Source: Spirochaetota bacterium (GTDB taxonomy: Bacteria > Spirochaetota > Spirochaetia > Treponematales > Treponemataceae). From it: DNA of 64,000 nt. The translations under genes and the position numbers were made by a program. Of the stretch, positions 29,114-37,335 are shown one piece after another (the first letter of the stretch is position 1; each line of letters starts with the position of its first letter). The notes under the pieces are model-generated. The model made no database searches, was not told where the DNA came from, and saw only the letters and a program-made list of their open reading frames with translations. The stretch is taken from positions 1,137 to 65,136 of the forward strand of contig JAKQSN010000034.1 in assembly GCA_029569885.1 (NCBI GenBank), given 5' to 3'.

Positions 29114-29615
29114 TCTGCGTTTCCACCATACGGATCGCGATCGCTTCGAATGCTTCTTCGACGCCCATTCCTGTTTTTGCGCTGGTGTTCAGCACCATCT
29201 GACCCGGTTGCGTCAAGCCGGTTTCGGTTCCTTCCGGAACTGCCCAGACATGTGCAAGATCATATTTATTCAGAAGCAGTACCGAAGGCGTATCCGGAAA
29301 GAATTGTTTCATCTGTGCAGATATGGATTGTGCGGTTGCGATGGTTTCGGGGTTGGTACCGTCGGCGACAACAAAATAGCCAGACATTCCCTTGAGGTAT
29401 GTATCGATGATTCTGTGAAAATCATCGCTTCCTTCAAGATCCCAGATGACAAGCAGTATTTCTTTGTTGCCGTCCAGTATGAGGTTTTTCTTTTCTATTT
29501 TGACGCCGATCGTTGTGATGTATTCATCGGAAAAAATATTTTGGACATACTTGCGTATCAGACTTGTTTTTCCGACGCCGAAGGTTCCCAACAGGCAAAT
29601 TTTCTTTTTAATCAT
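29106..29615 (-). CDS. Rab/Ras-like small GTPase
   Basis: G1 GTFGVGKTS, G2 YITTIGV, G3 IWDLEG, G4 NKYD, G5 TSAKTG; 169 aa. Confidence 0.93.
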   Translation of the reverse strand: MIKKKICLLGTFGVGKTSLIRKYVQNIFSDEYITTIGVKIEKKNLILDGNKEILLVIWDLEGSDDFHRIIDTYLKGMSGYFVVADGTNPETIATAQSISAQMKQFFPDTPSVLLLNKYDLAHVWAVPEGTETGLTQPGQMVLNTSAKTGMGVEEAFEAIAIRMVETQND

Positions 29616-29875
29616 CGAGTAAAGTCCGTATTGAGTGCATGTACTGGCATGTGCTTACAACGCATGATATGTTTATGATAATACGGAAACAGGTATCCTG
29701 CAATCCTGAATGAACAGCCGATATACAATCCTTCAAAAGATGTGGTAGTATGAGGGATACAACATACGTGCCTCGGGATAGGCATAGCCGATATCCCCTG
29801 GAACGTCGGGCTGATCCGAACAGCGGCAGCCTGCCGTTTCTTGCCTCCAGCGGGGCCGAAGGAGAATCCTTACAA

Positions 29876-31231
29876 ATGGAAGATCACTCGATTTCAATGG
29901 AAAAAATCGTAAGCCTGTGCAAAAGGCGCGGTTTTGTATTCCAGTCCTCCGAAATCTACGGCGGACAAAACGGTGCCTGGGACTACGGTCCACTCGGCAT
30001 AGAACTGAAAAACAACATTCAGAAAGCCTGGTGGAAAGAGATGACACAGCTGCATGACAGCATTGTCGGTCTCGATGCCGCCATTCTTATGCATCCCCGC
30101 GTATGGGAAGCTTCCGGCCATGTCGCCAACTTTTCTGATCCGCTTGTCGACTGCAAGGACTGCAAGAGCCGCTTCCGGGCAGACGACGACACCCAGATAT
30201 CGCCGGAAAATGTCGCCGCGCGAAAATGCCCCAAATGCGGTGGACCGCTGACCGAACCCCGTTCGTTCAACCTGATGTTCAAGACTACCATTGGTCCCGC
30301 GGAGGATTCCTCTTCCGTGATCTACCTCAGACCTGAAACAGCACAGGGTATTTACGTCAACTACAAGAATATCGCCCAGTCGAACCGCCTCAAGATTCCC
30401 TTCGGAATTGCGCAGGTGGGAAAGGCGTTCCGCAACGAAATCGTAACCAAGAACTTTATTTTCCGCACCTGCGAATTCGAGCAGATGGAAATGCAGTTTT
30501 TCGTCAAACCCGGCGAAGACGAGAAGTTCTTTGAATACTGGCGGGAACAGCGCATGAGCTACTATCCGAAATACGGAATCCGTAAGGAAAAGCTCCGCTG
30601 GCATCATCACGAAAAGCTCGCTCATTACGCCAAGGACGCCTACGACATCGAATTTGAATTCCCGATGGGATTCCAGGAGCTTGAAGGTATCCACAACCGC
30701 ACTGATTTTGATCTTACCCAGCATACCAAGTACTCGGGTAAAGATCTTCAGTATATCGACCAGGATAACGGCAACGAGCGCTACATCCCGTACATTATCG
30801 AAACCAGCGCCGGATTAACCCGCAATGTGCTTATGTTCCTCTGCGATTCCTACGAAGAAGAAAAAGTAGCCGACAAGGGCAACGATGACGACTGGCGAAC
30901 CGTTCTCCGATTCCACCCGCTTATTGCTCCGGTAACGGTTGCGATCCTTCCGCTCATGAAAAAAGACGGACTTGCAGAGCTTGCACAGGATATCCGCAAC
31001 GAACTGAAAGAAGACTTCATGACTGATTACGACCAGTCCGGCGCCATCGGCAAGCGATACCGCCGCCAGGATGAAATCGGCACACCGTTCTGCGTCACCG
31101 TTGACTACGATTCCAAGGAAGACAATACGGTAACCCTCAGGTTCCGCGACTCCATGGAGCAGATCCGGGTTCCCCGGTCCGAGCTTGCAGCCCGGATTCG
31201 AGCGGAGATAAAGAACTACAAGCGGGTGTAG
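29876..31231 (+). CDS. glyQS: glycine--tRNA ligase (alpha2 type)
   Basis: [45 protein letters not shown]. Confidence 0.96.
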   Translation: MEDHSISMEKIVSLCKRRGFVFQSSEIYGGQNGAWDYGPLGIELKNNIQKAWWKEMTQLHDSIVGLDAAILMHPRVWEASGHVANFSDPLVDCKDCKSRFRADDDTQISPENVAARKCPKCGGPLTEPRSFNLMFKTTIGPAEDSSSVIYLRPETAQGIYVNYKNIAQSNRLKIPFGIAQVGKAFRNEIVTKNFIFRTCEFEQMEMQFFVKPGEDEKFFEYWREQRMSYYPKYGIRKEKLRWHHHEKLAHYAKDAYDIEFEFPMGFQELEGIHNRTDFDLTQHTKYSGKDLQYIDQDNGNERYIPYIIETSAGLTRNVLMFLCDSYEEEKVADKGNDDDWRTVLRFHPLIAPVTVAILPLMKKDGLAELAQDIRNELKEDFMTDYDQSGAIGKRYRRQDEIGTPFCVTVDYDSKEDNTVTLRFRDSMEQIRVPRSELAARIRAEIKNYKRV

Positions 31232-31298
31232 CCCTGCGGTCCCGAATCCGGCTTGCGCCAGATTCGGGACAAGCACAGCGGCATTCCGTTCCAACGGC

Positions 31299-32468
31299 AT
31301 GGCAGATACTAATCGGCTACACAATATAAATACTTCCCGCATACTCCGGACAATCTGGCTTAATCCGGGCATCAGCCGCATCAAGGTCGCCGAACTGCTC
31401 GATCTTGACCGTTCCACGGTAACCAAAATCATGCAGGTTGTCCTCGACCGCAATCTGGTTGTAACCGCCGGAAAGAACGCTGATCAAACCGGGGTAGGGC
31501 GCAGGCAGATCAGCCTGAAAATTAACGGCGACATCGGTGTCGTTCTTGGTCTTGAGGTTCAGGACACCCGCTATTCTGCAGTAATAACAAGCCTTTCCGG
31601 TAACGTTATCCATTCCTTCGACGGCTTTTTCCGGGTAAACCGTGAGAATCTGGTTCCGCACATACGAGACCTGATCTCGCGTGCGAAGGATGTTATGGCG
31701 GACTCCAACATTCCGCTGCTCGGAATCGGTATTGGACTTCCCGGAATCATAGATCCGTACACTGGAATAATCAAACGATCGAATTCCTTGGGCATCAGTA
31801 CTCCGTTCATGGTTCGCGACGAACTTGTCCGCTCGATTCCCGAGCCGGTGTTTATAGAAAACGATGCAAACTGCTGTTGTTGGGGAGAACTGGCCTTCCG
31901 TCAGGAAAACCGCAACCGCAATTTTATGGCAGTGCTCGGTGAATTCCGCGATTATGCACCGGACTGTGAACGCCTTCACGGGCTCTCTATTGGGACGGGC
32001 CTTGCCATACGCGAGCGGGTGCTCCACGGAGATCATTTTACCGCGGGGGAATTCCGTACGGTATACGCAACTGCGCAGACCGGACAGTTTACTGTTCCGT
32101 ATTCGGAATTAAAACGACTACCGGACGATGCAGAGGTTTTGGACCGGGTGTATAGCGAGCTGGCCCGAAACCTTGCCTTCCTTGTCAACTGCGTCGACCT
32201 TACCAAAGTTGTCTTCACTGGCGATCTACCTGCGCACCAGGGCCGCCTCAAGGAGCTTCTGGAGCAGGCTATTGCCGAAAACTGGATCTATGATCTTGAC
32301 CGCAACCTTATAGTCGAGTTTTCCGAAGACGGGAGCCGCTCAGTCTGCATTGGCGCGGCAGGTCTTGTCGTCGAGAAATTCTTTTCGGTCCCGGACATGG
32401 TGGACCGTTTTCACGAACTGGTCGGATACGATTTGTTCGAACACATCATGACTCAGGGGATACTCTAG
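31299..32468 (+). CDS. ROK family transcriptional regulator
   Basis: N-terminal HTH (ISRIKVAELLDLDRSTVT, GRR), GIGIGLPG, IENDANC. Confidence 0.88.
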   Translation: MADTNRLHNINTSRILRTIWLNPGISRIKVAELLDLDRSTVTKIMQVVLDRNLVVTAGKNADQTGVGRRQISLKINGDIGVVLGLEVQDTRYSAVITSLSGNVIHSFDGFFRVNRENLVPHIRDLISRAKDVMADSNIPLLGIGIGLPGIIDPYTGIIKRSNSLGISTPFMVRDELVRSIPEPVFIENDANCCCWGELAFRQENRNRNFMAVLGEFRDYAPDCERLHGLSIGTGLAIRERVLHGDHFTAGEFRTVYATAQTGQFTVPYSELKRLPDDAEVLDRVYSELARNLAFLVNCVDLTKVVFTGDLPAHQGRLKELLEQAIAENWIYDLDRNLIVEFSEDGSRSVCIGAAGLVVEKFFSVPDMVDRFHELVGYDLFEHIMTQGIL

Positions 32469-32470
32469 AA

Positions 32471-33502
32471 ATGGAATACATAGCGCTCGGAAAAACCGGA
32501 TTTATGGTATCCCGCACTGCGTTTGGCGCATTACCGATTCAGCGGGTAACCGATATGGCAGAAGCGGTATCTCTTGTCCGTTTCGCGTACGACAGCGGTA
32601 TCAATTTTTTTGATACTGCCCGGTCGTATTCCGACAGCGAAGAAAAGATCGGACTTGCAATGGACGAAATTCGCAAGGATGTGATCATTGCAACAAAGTC
32701 TCCCGCCCGTAACGGTAAGGACCTCCTGCGGGATCTGGAAACCAGCCTCAAGGCGCTCCAAACCGACTATATTGATTTGTACCAGCTGCACAACCCTTCA
32801 TTTATACCGCTCCCTGACGGTGAGGACGGCCTGTACAACGCCCTTGCCGAAGCGAAAAAAGACGGAAAAATCCGTTCATTCGGTATTACCAACCACTCGC
32901 GCGCTCTTGCGTTGTCGGCACTGGAATCGGGACTCTACGAAACAGTCCAGTTTCCATTCTCCTACCTCGCCTCTGAAGAAGACATTGCCTTTGCGAATCT
33001 GTGTGCGGCTCGAGATGTCGGGTTCATCGCAATGAAAGCACTCGGTGGTGGACTTATCCGAAACATACCGGCTGCCTTTGCCTGGATGCGCCAGTACGAA
33101 CAGGTTGTGCCCGTCTGGGGAATCCAAAAAAAAGAAGAATTGCAGGAGTTTATCGACCTTGAAACGGCTTGCCCTGTTCTTGACGACGCTCTGAAAGCAG
33201 TCATTGAGGCAGACCGGCGGGATCTTGCCGCAAACTTTTGCCGCGGCTGCGGCTACTGCCTTCCCTGTCCAGAGAATATCCCGATTCATAATGCCAACCG
33301 CATGCGCGAACTCTTGCGCCGTTCGCCGACCGCCCAGTGGCTTACCCCCGAATGGCAGGAATTGATGGGCCGTATCGAAAACTGCACAAAATGCGGCGTA
33401 TGCGCCAAACGCTGCCCGTACGGCCTTAAGCCGTATGAAACCCTTCCCGCGCATCTTGCCGATTACCGGACCTTCCTCCCTGAGTCGCACAAGGCACCCT
33501 GA
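32471..33502 (+). CDS. aldo/keto reductase with a C-terminal 4Fe-4S domain
   Basis: GINFFDTARSY, IATK, YIDLYQLH; CRGCGYCLPCP and CTKCGVCAKRCP. Confidence 0.9.
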   Translation: MEYIALGKTGFMVSRTAFGALPIQRVTDMAEAVSLVRFAYDSGINFFDTARSYSDSEEKIGLAMDEIRKDVIIATKSPARNGKDLLRDLETSLKALQTDYIDLYQLHNPSFIPLPDGEDGLYNALAEAKKDGKIRSFGITNHSRALALSALESGLYETVQFPFSYLASEEDIAFANLCAARDVGFIAMKALGGGLIRNIPAAFAWMRQYEQVVPVWGIQKKEELQEFIDLETACPVLDDALKAVIEADRRDLAANFCRGCGYCLPCPENIPIHNANRMRELLRRSPTAQWLTPEWQELMGRIENCTKCGVCAKRCPYGLKPYETLPAHLADYRTFLPESHKAP

Positions 33503-33562
33503 GTGTTCCTGTTTCCCTGTCCGGGAGCCCTGAACCGGGAGCCGGGGAGAATCCTGATTCGA

Positions 33563-35527
33563 TTATTCCAGCGTTTCCAGTTCTTTCAGCCAGAGTGCGG
33601 CGCTCGCGTCGCTCGGCATGCGCCAGTCGCTGCGGGGCGAGAGGCTTACGCTGCCGACTTTCGGGCCGTCGGGCAGGCATGACCGCTTGAATTGCTGTGC
33701 AAAGAAGCGTTGTATAAAAATCCGGAGCCATTTGAGTATTGTTTCGCGGGGGTAGTCCGGGGCGAAGGCCTGTTCCGCAAGGAACAGTATCTTTGCAGGA
33801 GAGGCTCCCCAGCGCGTCAGGTGGTACAGGAAAAAGTCGTGCAGTTCGTACGGGCCGATAATGTCTTCAGTCTTTTGGGAAATCTCGCCATCTTCGGGAG
33901 GGAGGAGTTCCGGGCTGACGGGAGTGTCAAGAATCGAACGCAGCACTGCAGCCAGCTTTTTCCGGTCGGCTTCCCGGTCCGGTTCTGGGATAAGCACTTC
34001 CGGACTGTCTTGGAACCAGGCAACCAGATGCCGCACGAGCGTTTTCGGCACCGATGCGTTGATTCCGTACATCGACATGTGGTCGCCGTTGTACGTTGCC
34101 CAGCCGAGTGCAAGTTCGGACAGGTCTCCCGTACCGATGACCAGAGCGCCAGTCATGTTTGCCTTGTCCATCAGTATCTGCGTCCGCTCCCGCGCCTGTG
34201 CGTTCTCATAGGTCACGTCGTGTGTGTCCGGATTCTGCCCGATATCCTTGAAATGCTGTCCAACAGCCTTATGAATCTTGATTTCTTCGCACGAAGCTCC
34301 CAGAAGTCCTGCCAGCTTGAGCGCGTTTCCCTTGGTCCGTCCGGTCGTGCCGAAGCCGGGCATGGTGATTGCCTGTATTCCGCTGCGGTCCAGACCGAGC
34401 CGGTCGAACGCGCGAACTGAAACCAGAAAGGCGAGAGTAGAGTCGAGCCCTCCCGAAAGCCCGATAACAACCGAAGCGGAACCGGTATGCGAAAGCCGCT
34501 TGACCAGGCCCGCTGTCTGTATGGAAAGAACGTCGTTGCAGCGTTCATCGAGCATATCCTGTGCCCGCGGGACGAACGGATGCGGATCGATTTTCCTGAA
34601 CAGCGTGTATCCTTTTGTTGCATCGATGCCGTGAAGAATCGGAAAGCGGGCGCGGTGCCAGCCTTCGAGCTGGGTAAAGGTGTTCATTCTCCTGCGTTCA
34701 GAAAGAAGTTTGCGGACGTCGATATCGGTAATCGTCAGACCGTGAGAAAATAGTTCACTTTCGGCCAGAATGGCACCGTTTTCGGCAATCAGCGAGTGTC
34801 CTGCAAACACCATGTCGGTGGAAGACTCTCCGGAGCCTGCGTCGGCATAGATGTACGCTCCGACGGTTCGCCCGGACTGGGAGGAAACCAGCATGCGCCG
34901 GTATTCCTTTTTGCCAACAGTTTCGTCGCTTGCCGAGAGGTTGGCGAGTATCAGCGCTCCCGCGTATGCGTGGAATGCAGATGGCGGACCCGCTACCCAC
35001 AGGTCCTCGCATATTTCGACCGCAAACGAAATTGAGTCGTCGGTATCATGTGTAAATAAAATCTTTGTCCCGAATGGAACTTCATAGGGTCCGAAAAGTC
35101 CTTCGTTCAGTATTTCGGTGCGTTCCGGAGCCGGTGTGAAGTGGCGAAGCTCGTAAAACTCGCCGTAGTTCGGGATGTGTGTTTTGGGGACGATGCCCTG
35201 GATGCGTCCGTGTGAGATGACGGCGGCGCAGTTGTAGCGCGCGTTGCCCCGCACGAAGGGGAAGCCGACGATGGTGGTGATCGAGAGGTCCCGGGTTTTT
35301 TCCGCTATGAGGCGTACGGCGGACAGGGCGACTTTGCCGAGGAGTTCCTGTGAAAAAAGGTCGCCGCAGGTGTAGCCGGTGATGCAGAGTTCGGGAAAAA
35401 CGACCAGGCGAACTCCGGCGTCCGACGCTTCCTTGATGAGGGCGAGTATGCGGGCGGTGTTTTCTCCGCAGTCTCCGACGATGCATTCGGGTGTCGCAGC
35501 GGCGACTCTCAGGAATCCGTGTATCAT
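33563..35527 (-). CDS. nadE: glutamine-dependent NAD+ synthetase
   Basis: Nitrilase domain (FPEL, K, EICEDLW); SGGLDST, ENAQARERT, QQFKRS. Confidence 0.95.
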   Translation of the reverse strand: MIHGFLRVAAATPECIVGDCGENTARILALIKEASDAGVRLVVFPELCITGYTCGDLFSQELLGKVALSAVRLIAEKTRDLSITTIVGFPFVRGNARYNCAAVISHGRIQGIVPKTHIPNYGEFYELRHFTPAPERTEILNEGLFGPYEVPFGTKILFTHDTDDSISFAVEICEDLWVAGPPSAFHAYAGALILANLSASDETVGKKEYRRMLVSSQSGRTVGAYIYADAGSGESSTDMVFAGHSLIAENGAILAESELFSHGLTITDIDVRKLLSERRRMNTFTQLEGWHRARFPILHGIDATKGYTLFRKIDPHPFVPRAQDMLDERCNDVLSIQTAGLVKRLSHTGSASVVIGLSGGLDSTLAFLVSVRAFDRLGLDRSGIQAITMPGFGTTGRTKGNALKLAGLLGASCEEIKIHKAVGQHFKDIGQNPDTHDVTYENAQARERTQILMDKANMTGALVIGTGDLSELALGWATYNGDHMSMYGINASVPKTLVRHLVAWFQDSPEVLIPEPDREADRKKLAAVLRSILDTPVSPELLPPEDGEISQKTEDIIGPYELHDFFLYHLTRWGASPAKILFLAEQAFAPDYPRETILKWLRIFIQRFFAQQFKRSCLPDGPKVGSVSLSPRSDWRMPSDASAALWLKELETLE

Positions 35528-35577
35528 GGTACTAATTGTATACAAAAAATGGTCAAACCGCTATACTGTTTTGCATT

Positions 35578-36798
35578 ATGAACAAGGCACTTGAAACACT
35601 CAAAGAACGCGGATTTTTCCAGCAATGTACCGATGCCGAAGGCCTTTCGGCGCTTATGGAAAAAGGGCCCGTCACGTTCTACGTCGGCTGTGATCCGACC
35701 GGTCCGAGCCTGCATATCGGCCACATGGTTCCCTTTTTTGCCCTGAGGCACCTCCGGGAAGCCGGACACCAGGGCATTGCGCTCGTCGGCGGCGGCACTG
35801 CGCGCATCGGCGATCCTTCCGGAAAGACTGAAATGCGCAAGATGATCAGCTACGACGAAATCGATCGCAATTCGGCGGCGATCGGCGCCCAGCTCGACCG
35901 CTTTATCGGATTTGACGGGACAACGGCTTACCTTGAAAACAATAAGAACTGGCTCGCCGAGCTTAACTATATCGATTTTCTCCGGGACATCGGCTCCCAT
36001 TTTTCGGTCAACCGTATGCTTACCTTCGAAGCGTACCGCAAGCGGATGGAAACGGGCTTGAGCTTTGTAGAGTTCAATTACCAGCTTCTCCAGAGCTACG
36101 ACTTCCTGCAGCTGAACGAGCGGCACGGCGTTGCGCTCCAGATCGGGGGCGACGACCAGTGGGGCAATATCGTTGCGGGCATCGAGCTGATCAGGCGGGT
36201 GAACGGCAACGAGGTGTACGGCCTGACGTTCCCGCTGATTACCACAAGCGACGGCAAGAAGATGGGAAAAACCGAAAAAGGCGCGCTTTTCCTTGATCCG
36301 GCTGTGACGAGTCCCTATGATTTCTTTCAATACTGGCGAAATGTTACCGACGTGGATACCAGAAAATTCATGCTTCTGTTCACCTTTCTTTCCGTTTCCG
36401 AGATTGATGCGGTGATGGCCGGCAATATCAATCAGGCAAAAGAACGGCTTGCATACGAAGTGACTGCGCTGATTCACGGAAAGGATGAGGCCGACCGTGC
36501 GCTCGCCGGAGCGAAGGCAGCGTTCGGCGGCGGCGGGGACAAGGCGTCCATGCCGACTGTTTCCCTTCCGCGCGAGCGATTCGACACGGGAATTGGTGTA
36601 ATTGACCTTTTTTTTGAGGCAGGGCTTGCCGGTTCCAAAAGCGACGCCCGGAGGCTCGTCGAACAAGGCGGCGCCGTTGTTGCGGATTCTGTTGTAACCG
36701 ATGTAAAGGCGGTGATCGGCGTTTCTGTCCTGGATGCAGACGGAGAAGTTATGCTCCGCGCCGGGAAAAAGAAGTTTGTCCGGGTAATTACGGCGTAA
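35578..36798 (+). CDS. tyrS: tyrosine--tRNA ligase
   Basis: YVGCDPTGPSLHIGH, QIGGDDQWGN, KMGKT, C-terminal S4 domain. Confidence 0.97.
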   Translation: MNKALETLKERGFFQQCTDAEGLSALMEKGPVTFYVGCDPTGPSLHIGHMVPFFALRHLREAGHQGIALVGGGTARIGDPSGKTEMRKMISYDEIDRNSAAIGAQLDRFIGFDGTTAYLENNKNWLAELNYIDFLRDIGSHFSVNRMLTFEAYRKRMETGLSFVEFNYQLLQSYDFLQLNERHGVALQIGGDDQWGNIVAGIELIRRVNGNEVYGLTFPLITTSDGKKMGKTEKGALFLDPAVTSPYDFFQYWRNVTDVDTRKFMLLFTFLSVSEIDAVMAGNINQAKERLAYEVTALIHGKDEADRALAGAKAAFGGGGDKASMPTVSLPRERFDTGIGVIDLFFEAGLAGSKSDARRLVEQGGAVVADSVVTDVKAVIGVSVLDADGEVMLRAGKKKFVRVITA

Positions 36799-36799
36799 A

Positions 36800-36868
36800 C
36801 GGCTGCCCGCGGGATGCCCGGTTGCGGGCTGCCCGCTGGATGCCCGCTGGTTGCCCGGTTGCGGGCTG
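36800..36868. repeat. GC-rich ~11-14-bp tandem repeat between convergent genes
   Basis: GCCCGCGGGAT / GCCCGCTGGAT / GCCCGGTTGCGGGCT units. Confidence 0.75.
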
Positions 36869-37267
36869 CTAGTATTTTTTCTTCCCGAACAAGGCTTTGA
36901 AAAAATCGACGATGGCGTACCAGATGCGCAGGAAGATATTCGGATTTTTCAGGCGTTCGAGGCGTGAATATGCAGCCATGAGTTCTCCGTCGGTAAAAGG
37001 AACCCGAAGCGTGTTTTCTTCGATTTCGAGTTCCAGTTCGCCGATTCGGTCGGTTGAGTCCAGAATGACCGCGTCGATTGTATTCCAACCAAGGCGTTTC
37101 GCCGCTTCATAGCGGCGTCGGCCTGCAATCAGCACATTGTCGCTGTTGAGCGTGATCGGGTTCATCAGCCCGTAACGCTTCATGCTGTCCATTAACGCCT
37201 GAATGTCTTCCTCGGGATTTTTGCGTATGCGCCGTTTGATCTTGATATCTTTCAGGGCAATGAGCAT
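36869..37267 (-). CDS. stand-alone ParB N-terminal (CTPase-fold) protein
   Basis: LMDSMKRYGLMNPITL, LIAGRRRYEAAKRLG, EIEENTLR; no HTH. Confidence 0.85.
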   Translation of the reverse strand: MLIALKDIKIKRRIRKNPEEDIQALMDSMKRYGLMNPITLNSDNVLIAGRRRYEAAKRLGWNTIDAVILDSTDRIGELELEIEENTLRVPFTDGELMAAYSRLERLKNPNIFLRIWYAIVDFFKALFGKKKY

Positions 37268-37335
37268 CCGGCTCCTCCTTCAGGCGCCTCCTGAAAAATT
37301 GTGTTCCAGGAAGCTGCTGTATCGCTGATTTGCTG

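Noticed and set aside
29698-29724. Second sigma28 promoter (GCCGATAT) upstream of glyQS
   Set aside because: No TAAA/TCAA at the 15-bp spacing; too weak to call.
29750-29875. Glycine riboswitch or T-box upstream of glyQS
   Set aside because: GCCGAAGGAG resembles part of a glycine aptamer but overlaps the RBS; the other aptamer motifs and the T-box GGTGG.ACCGCG are absent.
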